Positions 13,310-24,552 of a DNA stretch of 64,000 nt are shown here, piece after piece. Source of the stretch: Octopus sinensis. Lineage: Eukaryota. Every line of letters begins with the position of its first letter. Position 1 is the stretch's first letter. The stretch covers positions 60,326,001-60,390,000 of the forward strand of contig NC_043005.1 of assembly GCF_006345805.1 (NCBI RefSeq), written 5' to 3'. The position numbers and the translations under genes are program-made. The notes beneath the pieces are model-generated. The model did not search any database and was not told the DNA's origin. It saw only the letters and a program-made list of their open reading frames with translations.

Positions 13310-13630
13310 TACAGAGATGTACTTGCATAGCAAGTGACTTGATCTGAGATCGGGTGCTGGAACGAAAACAGTTGCAGCGTTGAAGGTGTTTATAAGCCAT
13401 TTAAGAAACACACAAAAACCGTTAGATTCACTTCAACATTTAAATTTAATTTGTCAAAATATTTTCGTCGCTTTGAGACCGCGACCTGTTAGCACGATAT
13501 TTTTGTCAGTGAACAGGTCGCGGTCTCAAAGCGACGAAAATATTTTGGCAAATTAAATTTAAATGTTGAAGTGAATGTAACGGTTTTTCTGTGTTTCTTA
13601 AATGGCTTACAAACACATTCCACGCTGCAA
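13310..13630. mobile_element. Head-to-head inverted pair of PLE pseudo-LTR-like repeats forming a ~120-bp-arm palindrome
   Basis: 13372-13490 is the reverse complement of 13511-13630 with a few mismatches; 20-nt spacer; (TA)n on both sides; contains a hammerhead-like motif. Confidence 0.7.
13502..13552 (+). ncRNA. Type-I minimal hammerhead-like motif with G3/C8 swapped core
   Basis: Stem I TTTGTCA/TGGCAAA; core GTGAACA; extra G; stem II GTCGC-GGTCTCAAA-GCGAC; GAAA 13536-13539; palindromic stem III AATATT; UUU triplet. Confidence 0.6.
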
Positions 13631-13724
13631 TATATATATACACACATATATATATATATGTATGTATGTATGTATGTGTGTATATGTGTATGCATGTATG
13701 TGTGTGTGTGTGCGTGTCTGTGCT

Positions 13725-13932
13725 TCTGATTGTCCTCCACCACTGCTTGACAACGAATGTTGGTTTGTTTACATCCCTGTCACCTAGTAGTTTGACAAAG
13801 GAAACAGATAGAATAAGTACAATGCTTACAAAAACAAAACTGGAGTTGATTCATTAAACTACAATTCTTCAAGGCATTGCCCCAGCATGGCCACAGACCA
13901 ATGGCTGGAAAAAGCAGAAGAATAAAAGAATA
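13725..13932 (+). mobile_element. 3' half of a family A-related SINE
   Basis: GCTTGACAAC..., GATAGAATAAGTAC, CCAGCATGGCCAC, A-rich tail. Confidence 0.65.
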
Positions 13933-13994
13933 CATTCTCTACTTTGGTCTTATGTTCAAGGCATGAGAAAGCTTGAGTTTACATGAGAAGGCCT

Positions 13995-14258
13995 AACAGA
14001 CCTGGTAGAAACAGCAGCCAAATCTCCCTCAAATCACACCTTACTGTCTTATGTATGTATATATATATGAGCCAATGAGGGGGACCTCTACATGGTAGCT
14101 AGACCTGGTAGAAATAGCAGCCAAATTTCCCCCAAATCACACCTTACTGTCTTATCTATGTATATATGTATGTATGAGCCTATGAGGGAGACCCCTACAT
14201 GGCAGCTAGACATGGTAGAAATAGCAGCCAAATCTCCCTCAAATCACACCTTACTGTC
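13995..14258 (+). repeat. Three tandem copies of a ~105-bp unit
   Basis: AGAC(C/A)TGGTAGAAA(C/T)AGCAGCCAAAT(C/T)TCCC(T/C)CAAATCACACCTTACTGTCT near 13998, 14101 and 14207. Confidence 0.85.
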
Positions 14259-14755
14259 TAATCTTTCTGCTACTTGGATATAGGTCTTATATTCGTCGTA
14301 AAAAACTTTCCTGTCACACACTCACGCACACGCACACACACACACACGCACCCTCACACACACACACATGCGCGCACGCACACACATACACACTCACACA
14401 CACGCACGTTAGCTTACAATTTTATTTATATATTGCGTGTCTATGTGTGGAATGAGGAAGTGGGAGGCAGAGTGAAAGAATCACTCACTACAGTAAGTGA
14501 ACTACTTTCATTTTATTCGTTGCCCACTGTGTGTGTGCGTTTGCGTGTGGTGTAAACCAGACTAAGAAAAGCATTTGACACACACACCAGAATGTGAGTT
14601 TTCTGTAAATTTTGCTTAATTGGAGTTTAAATTTTAAAAACTGGACCTGGCATGACGCGATGCATTGTACTCTTAAAAATGCTAGGTAAATTGTAATTGA
14701 AGAAATCCTATATTGTAGATTTCTATAACTCCCAAAGGGAGGCAGATAAAATCTG

Positions 14756-14822
<67 letters not shown>

Positions 14823-15149
14823 AAGGATAAAATCTTCATAAGATTTTATAATTAGGCGGCGTGCAAAACGAATTAAGGAAAAAATTAATACAAAGTATAT
14901 CAATTTTTCCTTATATATAAAATACATTCTTATATAAGTGGTTATTACTATAAGTAAAACCACACGCTGCAAAAGGGAATCTAAAGTCAAACTACTTGAA
15001 CGAACATACACACGCAACGAATTCGTGGGAATAAACATAGGAGGAATTCACTTTAAAGAGAATGAACATAGAAGAAATTCCTTGTCTATTTGACTTTAGT
15101 GACCCATCTCAGCGAAGTGGCTTTACTTATAGTACAAGCCTTTGAAATA

Positions 15150-15233
<84 letters not shown>

Positions 15234-16189
15234 AATATATCAGTTAAGAATGGTTGTTGGGTTAATCCGATGAGCTGAGGCTAAAGTTTGCAAGATTATA
15301 TATCTGTCCTCCCTATTTCAATAGGAGAAATTTATCGAGACACTTGCATCTTGTGAAAATTTCCGATCCTGTCACCTGATCAATAGAGTTCATTCAGCTA
15401 TACAAAACCTGTGTCCCCTTGAGTTTGTACAGCATAGATCGCACTGCGTTGTTTTACGTGACTGAGTAAAAGTGGGTATTTTGGGCCTTCAGGTTCCAGA
15501 TGTGTCTTACTATTTTCATTCTGGTCTACGAACTAGAAGGAACATGATATTAGACGTATCTATTTTCAATATCACTTTCATATAGAGAAATATAATTTCT
15601 CCCTTTAATATTTATTATCTGGTAGCACTGAGAGGACCACGTCCGTTTATACAACTCAGCTGCATATGCATGTTTGATCAGCTGTTCAAATGCCTGGGAT
15701 ACTGCAATGAGCGGCTGTAAATATTTCCTTTATGCAGCACTAGAGCAGTGGATAAATACCAACAGTGCCATAGACAGGTTTATGAATAGAAAGAACAAGT
15801 ATGGAGCTTCATCCATACAATTCAATGATGTAGATTTTATCCTTCGGTACCAAGACACTTGCTGAATAAGGCAAGTGAGTTCTCTAACAAACATGCTATC
15901 ACAAGCAAATATGCCAAGCAGAATTTGCATTTATAACATGCTTGTGCAAAAATCTCATCTTTAATAGCGATTCATCATGAGCACAAAATCCGAATCAGAA
16001 ATAATGTTTGCGTACCAATGGATTTATATCATAGTGCCGAGATATGTGATTTTATAGGTTTCTTATATCAGATATCTTAACATCTAAGTTCCTTTCCTAT
16101 CATATCGATGATGTTGTATTATGCGTATCGTATGTATGTGATACCAATATCTCGGTACATCTGGTAAAAGTCTCCCCTCTATTTTTAGC

Positions 16190-17560
16190 AAATTAAGCCA
16201 CAAAATCATAGTAACCACAAACCTCACTAAATTGAAGACTTGTACGTTTCTCTAAACCTTGACTTACAGTTTATAACAAACCACATGTCCAATAAAACGT
16301 TTGTACTAAATCATTCAAGCCACTCGTTTATTGTTTGTAAAATCTTTATAGCCAATATTAATAATATCTCAACCTCTAAGGAAATATCAGAGAAAATTGC
16401 CCCTTAAAATAAGATCGCACTTTTCCATCTGCAACTTCAAAGGTAGATAATTTACATTCCAACCGTTAGATGAAGACACGTAAAAATTGAGTTCGGGAGA
16501 TTATAATGCTCACCAAACTTTCACTTCCTGCATTAAGAAAACCATTGGTGTAATATCTTTCTGAGCCTAGAGAAAGAATCGCTTCAGGGATAGCCGCGGG
16601 TGAGTGGCTGTGTGGTAGGTAGCTTGCTTACCAACCACATGGTTCCAGGTTCAGTCCCACTGCGTGGCACCTTGGGAGAATGTCAACTACTGGAGCCTCG
16701 GGCTGACCAAAGCCTTGTGAGTGGATTGGTAGACGGAAACTGAATGAAGCCTGTAGTATATATGTATATATATGTATGTGTGTGTATATATTTGCGTGCC
16801 TGCGTTTGTCCCCTCAACATCGCTTGGCAACCGATGCTGGTGTGTTTACGTCCCCGTAACATAGCGGCTCGCCAAAAGAGACCGATAGAATAAGTACTAG
16901 GCTTACAAAGAATAAATCCTGAGGTCGATTTGCTCGACTAAAGGCGGTGCTCCAGCATGGCCACGATCAAATGACTGAAACAAGTAAAAGAGTAGAAGAA
17001 TAAAAGAAATTTCTATGAATATTTTTTACAACTGCTAACCTAACATCCGAAACCTTAGTTACATGTATGTCACACTAGGCAAACACTCCAAAATGTAATT
17101 ATAAGAATCCCAATAATTGCCAACGGAACCAGCCATGTATGAATAGCCTCGTTGCCAACAAAGCCAGGGTTATCTCCACCTTAACAAATAGGGAAACTGA
17201 AAAGAAAAATATATTAACGTATGTGAAATTGACTTTGAAATAAATATGCCTACCACCAGTCTTATATCCGGCACATAGACACGAATAAAACCACTCAGCA
17301 GGCTAGCTCCGTCTAGGAATTATAGACTAATGATGCATTGCTCAAGTTCGAGTAGCGAATTTAAATCTATGTGCGCCATACATCAAATGGTCCAGAATAT
17401 GTAGGAGTTGTATTGTCGCAAGAACTCGTATCCGTTTTAAATCTAAGAATTCCAATGACCTACTAACGAGATCAGAAATTTTCAGAAGGTGGGAGACAAA
17501 ATTCAACAATCTAACTGAATAAATCCCAATCTCCGGATTAGGCAAGTACTCAAACAAACT
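16190..17560 (+). mobile_element. Decayed Penelope-like retroelement (RT thumb plus GIY-YIG endonuclease), split by a SINE
   Basis: Manual translation: DLYVSLNLD...LNHSSHS...NINNISTSKEISEKIAP (RT C-terminus) and CNYKNPNNC..PCMNSLVANKARV...IKWS...DLLTRSE (Cys-rich linker and endonuclease C-terminus); many stops and frameshifts. Confidence 0.6.
16593..17007 (+). mobile_element. Full-length tRNA-derived SINE (family A) with internal microsatellite
   Basis: A-box-like TGGCTGTGTGG, B-box-like GGTTCAGTCCC, internal (TA)/(TG), conserved right arm and A-rich tail. Confidence 0.85.
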
Positions 17561-17952
17561 TTAAACGTTTCCCATAGAATTAACGACACCATCGACTGTG
17601 AATTTATATACAAACTTTATCAATATTCTCCCAGAAACAGATCAAAGTGACACAATTCTTATATGCCTTCCCTTTCAAAATGGCCTATATTTTATTTTAT
17701 TTTATTCGTTATTTCCTTTTCTCTTGAATTTTGAGGTTTCTTTTCGCTTTTCTCTGAGAATAACAAGAATAACGATGTTTATTCTGATTGTAGGATAGTA
17801 TACAATACACTAAACATACCAATCGGATTACTAGATAATCTGTGCATGTAAATGATAGTAGCTTACGTTTAAATCCAGTATTTATAACATGTTACTTTTT
17901 CGCTGGATACAGTACTTTTTGTTGATATCTTACAACTAACCTAACACTAAAG

Positions 17953-18550
<598 letters not shown>

Positions 18551-19041
18551 TATATATGCGTACACACATATAAATATATACACGCACACATACATATGGA
18601 TAGATAGATAGAGAGAGAGAGTGTGGTGGCAGAGATTTAAGTCTTAGAGCAAAATGAATTTACTCTAGATATATTGTTGTACAGGAAATTTCATATAAAT
18701 ATTTTCACCTAAATGTTACACCGAACTGATGAATACATACTATTCCGTTATTCTGTTTTAAACAGAAACAACAGGTTAAATCTATCTCAGTTACATGTCC
18801 TGAAACATTCAAATGAGTGAGCTAATTATGCATCGACAGGAATGTGACGTCAGTATGATTAATTCATAACATCGGGTCTGGGCTTTTACGTATGTATGAG
18901 TAATTAAAGGCGCAATATGCCTATTTTTGATTTAGCATCTTTCAATAAAGTTGTTTATTTATAGAATATAATTTATAGAAACAATATTCAGTATAATTAT
19001 ATTGCCATCGGTTAAACCGATGTCTACATATTAATTCTTTG

Positions 19042-19102
<61 letters not shown>

Positions 19103-19108
<6 letters not shown>

Positions 19109-19922
19109 GGATGACCACTAAGTGGATATCCACTATGCTAGAGGTAGACCCCATATGGTCTGACCACTAAGAAAAGAGTGTTCTCAATAAAGTTCAGTAA
19201 ACGCCAGAACGTAAGCGAGCAAGACACATGAAAAGATACAAAATATACAGATTAATCACAAACCCGGTTTCGTTGTTACCACTTACATAAATGTTCGCAA
19301 TTCATCAGTGTGATCGTATAAGCAAAATATAATTTGCAGAACTACACACGAGAAGTCCGCATGAGATTGAACATGCATATAGTTCTACCAATTAAATTCG
19401 AGGTTATATTTCAAAAGTCTTCGTTTGGGCGCACCAAAATACTCGAAATAATTCTGCAGAAAATAATTCTCTACGGTGAATTTTGCCGGTTAGAGATCAT
19501 GGTTATTTAGATTTAAATAATAAGGGTGAAAAATAGAACATTAATTTGATTAATATTAATTTAAAACCAGTTGCCTAGCATATTAAAAAATCTGAAGATT
19601 CAGAAAATTATATTACATACATATAAGAGGGATGAACACTAAGTGGACATCCATCCGTGTTTGTGATTAATCTTTATATTTTGTATCTTTTCATTTGTCT
19701 TGCTCGCTCACGTTCTGGCGTTTGGTGAATTCTCTTGAGAACCATCTTTTCTTTGTGGTCAGACAATATGGGATCTACCTATAGCATAATGGATGTCCAC
19801 TTAGTGGTCATCTCACTTATATGTATGTAATAAAGTTTTTCTGAATCTTCAAATTTTTAATATGCTAAGCCACTGGTTTTAAATTGATCTTAATCAAATT
19901 TATATTCAGTTTTCCACCCTTA

Positions 19923-19929
<7 letters not shown>
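19103..19929. mobile_element. Hammerhead-containing non-autonomous element: ~521-bp permuted unit (minus) plus inverted partial copy (plus), flanked by (TA)n
   Basis: 27-bp direct repeat at 19106-19132 and 19627-19653; 19655-19815 is inverse to 19106-19267; 19790-19929 is inverse to 19515-19653. Confidence 0.75.
19254..19315 (-). ncRNA. Type-I hammerhead ribozyme-like motif, intact core
   Basis: Minus strand: GATCACA-CTGATGA-ATTG...CAAC-GAAA-CCGGG-TT-TGTGATT; 7-bp stem I; stem III A-U and C-G; GUU triplet; A.C mismatch at the base of stem II. Confidence 0.65.
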
Positions 19930-20012
<83 letters not shown>

Positions 20013-21849
20013 TAACATTTGAAAATAGTATATCTAATTTTAATAGTCTTTGGTACATATGCCATTTTCAAACTGGGAACAGTTATTCGCATTACATATC
20101 AAGGGGAAGATTATTGCAGTTATTTTCACCTCAGATATTAAAAAAATATATTAGAATATTTAACGTAAATGCTCGCAAGCATTTCGAATTGAAACTTATG
20201 TTTTCTGTTGATAAATGATAACGAAATGAATAAAAGTTGAGAATTAGCACTCGAACATTTTCAAAATATTTGTAATATGAGCACGGTGACATGCGTTCCA
20301 TTCAGATGATGTATCGATGTATAGAGCTGGCTATGCTTTGAAACTTATTGAAACAAAAAGAATTAATTCAAAAGTGATAGTATATACTAACAAGAAAGAG
20401 CGAAACAAACGATCTCCCGAAAGGCTGCAGTCCATATTTATAAAGGACTCCGGACTACGAAGAATTATGCCATAAATCTAGACTTAAATACTTCGTGTCA
20501 ATAAGCGTATAATAATAATCATTATTAGTCATTCAATTCCAACCATTAAGGGCATCTGCATAGATACAGCAGCCAGATGTTCGTCCAACGTTGCATTTAA
20601 TAAAAGAATATAGTATAATGTACTTTCAGATAGAAAATACTTGAATACAGACGCATAGGCCCCATTGATGACAGGCCTCAAATCACCTGTCTGCTTTATA
20701 ATGTTGGACATTTTCAAGAATAATGGGGAAATATATACAAAATGTATCTAAAAGAGGAACTTTCAGACGAATAAATGAACTTCATTAGAAGAAATATCAG
20801 AAATTTTGAATGGTATAGTATTTCAATTCATTTCATCATGTGACTCAATTCAAATATTTGTTTGGACAGGTGCCATGTAATAATGTTGCGGCTCTGATTT
20901 ACAAACTATATCAACAAATCTCCAAACAGACATCAAGACTCCAAGAAAAGCTCTCATTCAGATGTCCTTAACTCCATACCATATTTCCTTTAATGCTTGC
21001 ATTAATTATATTTTCCGGCTTAGTCTAATGATTCCTCAGTACATAGTATTAACATCAAACAATAGCTTGATATTCTGATTGCAACCAAACAAAGGTAATT
21101 TTCATAGTGCCATTTCTATGATGAAATATCGATTACAGTATGTATCTATTCTAAAGTTGCAGACACTGCAAACTACATAAGATTTCCAGGGATGACTTTT
21201 TAAAACGTTAATTATGAACATAATACATGTCAAAAATTCCTTTCATTGATAATGACAACGACATTTAAATATCACTTTCAGCAAATATTCGTATGGTTCA
21301 AAATATTCCCCACTAATATTTAGTTCATGTTAGGCCAGTCCTAAATGCTTGATCATATAATATTTTATGCTGCTGATCGAGTCAGTGCATTGTGATCGTA
21401 TTAGATTTATGTAGATGGGGCACAGTTTTAGCGGGATAGAACAAAATTATTTTTAATGTGTTACCCTCTATAATATGGTGAGCCAAAATGATATAAATGA
21501 ATTACCATTGCACCTCACGTAAGTAGTAACAATTATTAACTTGAAGCGTGACAAATCGAAAATTTTAAGAACAGCTTAGAGGATAATAGGTTCAGTGCAA
21601 ATAGGTTTTGAAATATTGTAAGGATACAAATAAAGATGCGTCGGTATTAAGATAGTATCGACACTAGATTTGAGATTAACAGTCACGAAGTTTTTATATC
21701 CCCGAATAAATTCTTTACAAGTCATGATACGCACATTTTTTTTCTTTGTTAATTTTTAATGAACTGGTACGAATTACACTCGGAGCCCTCGAAGTGAAAC
21801 CGTTAAAAGACATTCAGACAGCCTGAAATAGAAAAGTCAAAGCAGTAAT

Positions 21850-22017
21850 TGCAAATGACACACACTCACACAGATGCACACACACACACGCGCACACACG
21901 CCCCCCCCCATATATATATATGCATATATGTATATGTATATATATATATGTGTGTGTATTATGTAAATATATGTATTTATCTCTCTCTCTCTCAATATAC
22001 ACACACACACACATATA

Positions 22018-22056
<39 letters not shown>

Positions 22057-22112
22057 GTGTGTGTGTGTGTGTATGTATATATATACATATAAATATAAAT
22101 ATATATATATAT
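21850..22112. repeat. Compound (CA)/(TA)/(TG) microsatellite block
   Basis: Seen directly. Confidence 0.95.
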
Positions 22113-22286
22113 GGGAGAGTATTGTAGTTCGCTTGAAGCATTGTATCGTTTTGAAAATATAACGTGTCTTGAATGACACAACAGACCTAGGGCAGATATG
22201 AGCAGCATATAGGAACCCGTATTAAGGAAGGATAGGACAATATTAAATTTATAAGCCCTACAATTCACTCCCTAGCTGCCCACGGG

Positions 22287-22355
22287 TATATGGCGTTGTG
22301 GTTAAGAGCGAGGGCTACTAAGATACCGAATTCGATTCCAGGCAGTGACCTGAAA
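22287..22355 (+). mobile_element. Short tRNA-head SINE ending in (AAT)n
   Basis: TGGCGTTGTGG A-box-like, ATTCGATTCC B-box-like, followed directly by (AAT)n. Confidence 0.5.
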
Positions 22356-22729
22356 AATAATAATGATAATAATAATAATAACAACAGCAACAACAACAAT
22401 AATAATAATATCTTTATCTCTGCAACAGCATAGATTAGTAAGATTATCTGTGCCTATAATATGGTTGAGAGGGATTATCATTTATAAGATGGTTGTCCGT
22501 ATTTTTAGAGGGCGAGTTATTTGGGAGATCGCTTATTTTATCAATCGATTGGTTGTGATCTTTAGTGTTATTCTTCCTAGTTTCGTAGAAGGGGTCTAGC
22601 CTTTTATTTTTTTTCTTACATCAAGCATGCGTGAGAATATATAGTGTTAATATTTGTGGCTTCGGTGTGTTTTCACTCTTATGTTTAGCAATTCATGTGT
22701 TTAAAAGAGCGTCCTTGTCATATGCAATG

Positions 22730-22734
<5 letters not shown>

Positions 22735-22793
<59 letters not shown>

Positions 22794-22807
22794 ATATATA
22801 TATATAT

Positions 22808-22855
<48 letters not shown>
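22735..22855. repeat. (TA)n microsatellite
   Basis: Seen directly. Confidence 0.95.
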
Positions 22856-22858
<3 letters not shown>

Positions 22859-24094
22859 TCTCTCTCCCTCCCTCACTCTCTCTATATATATTATGTATGT
22901 ATAAATAGGTGGATAGATAGAAAGTTACATACATATATATATGCTTATAAATATACGGACGTATGTACACGTGTATATAAATATATACATGTATGTATAT
23001 ATGCGTAAATATATGTATGTATGTGTCTCTGTGTATTCGTGTGTATATACAATGTCAAAACTTAGAATAAACGCCTATATATGGCATTATATCATTTACA
23101 TGATTTACAAAATATGTTGTATAAGGAAGAAAGAAAATATAATTAGCGAAGTGGAAATATATTCATATATTTCACCGGCAGAAAATTCACCGACTGATCA
23201 ATGCTGTACAATTTCTATAGTGCGTACCCATGAAATATTGCACATATGACAAGTAGAAATCATTACGAAGCCATAAAATAAACATCAATATATTGAAGTT
23301 AGAGGCGTAGAAGCTCTGAATCTTTTCTTCATAATAAGTGTCAAATCTGCTAATCTTTTAGCCATACCCCATATTTCAGAGCATGGCGATATTAATAACA
23401 AAAAATAACGTTAAGTCCGCTTAGTATTAGCGTGGTACAAGGAGTGGGAGGAAAGAAGTTTATGAGATCTAGATTGATAATATTTAGAAACGCGAGAGGG
23501 TGATAGTTATACAGAGATTAGTATAGAAAAGAAGAAGTATGGTTAAAACAGAAAATAGAGAAAAAAATACAGAAAAAATTTTGTAAGGGCTATAGTTAGT
23601 TAGAAAGAATCAGGCTAGTTAAGACAAGTCATAAATCAAAATTGTTTGATGAAAAGTATATTAGAGACTAGATATCAAACGGCGTTCATAAATAGGAATG
23701 AGAGAAAGTAACAACCCAGCAACAAATCGTTAGAGAGTGGCAGATGATCGTTTTGGTGGTTTTAATGTAAGATATATAGACAATATAAGGCACTAGCAGT
23801 AATACAAATGTAAAGGATAGAATAGGAAATGACGAAAAAAAGGAATAACATCTAAAATCGGAAAATGCGATGATGGGGCTATAAATATGAATAGTATATA
23901 ACTATATATAGAACATTTATCTATCCTAAGTGTCATAAGAAGGAAAACATATTTTACTTCTATTTAGGTTTAGTTTATACACACAATCGTGATGAAGAAG
24001 GGTATCTCAAAAGGTAGGAGGAAGATGTTAGGTAAAATTATTGATTTGTAGTTCTTCAAGGGGATAGGAGCATATGAGCTGATTGTATAATGTA

Positions 24095-24552
24095 TTGGCT
24101 TGTCCGGAAAGTTCGTGCCGATTTTTAAAGGAAAGACAAAGGTCAATAAATATTTGCCATTACATTTTTAATTAACCAAATATGAACCATTTTGTTGCAC
24201 AATGCATCTCCATCTTTCCTTTAACTTGAAAATTACCCTCTTCCCAGAATTGAGGTGGTTTCATGACAAAAAAGTCATCAAGGTATCTTTTTACGTCATC
24301 CAAAGAATTGAAATTTTTACCATTAAGACTATTCTGCAGAGATCTGAATAAGTGGGAATCCGAAGGAGCTATATCTAGTGAATATGGAGGGTGGGGTAAC
24401 ACATCCCAGCCGAGCTGCAGAAATTTTGGTATGGTTCCCAAAGAAACGTGCGGTCATGCATTATCCTGTTGGAAAACAATAACCTTCCTTTTGGCCAATT
24501 CTGGACGTTTCTCTTGAATTGCAGCTTTTAACTCGTCCAGTTGTGTGCAGCA
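24095..24552 (-). mobile_element. Mariner (DD34D) transposon 3' fragment with TIR
   Basis: Translation RPELAKRKVIVFQQDNA*PHVS...WDVLPHPPYSLDIAPSDSHLFRSLQN; 34 residues between D and D; TIR TTGGCTTGTCCGGAAAGTTCGTGCCGATTT preceded by TA at 24093-24094; in-frame stop and frameshift. Confidence 0.9.

Noticed and set aside
13995-14258. Three ~55-bp conserved blocks with variable gaps, considered as a CRISPR-like array
   Set aside because: Gaps are homologous to each other (tandem duplication), the context is eukaryotic and there are no cas genes
15620-15950. GC-richer block with ORFs on both strands
   Set aside because: No consistent splice sites or recognisable motif; probably a decayed repeat
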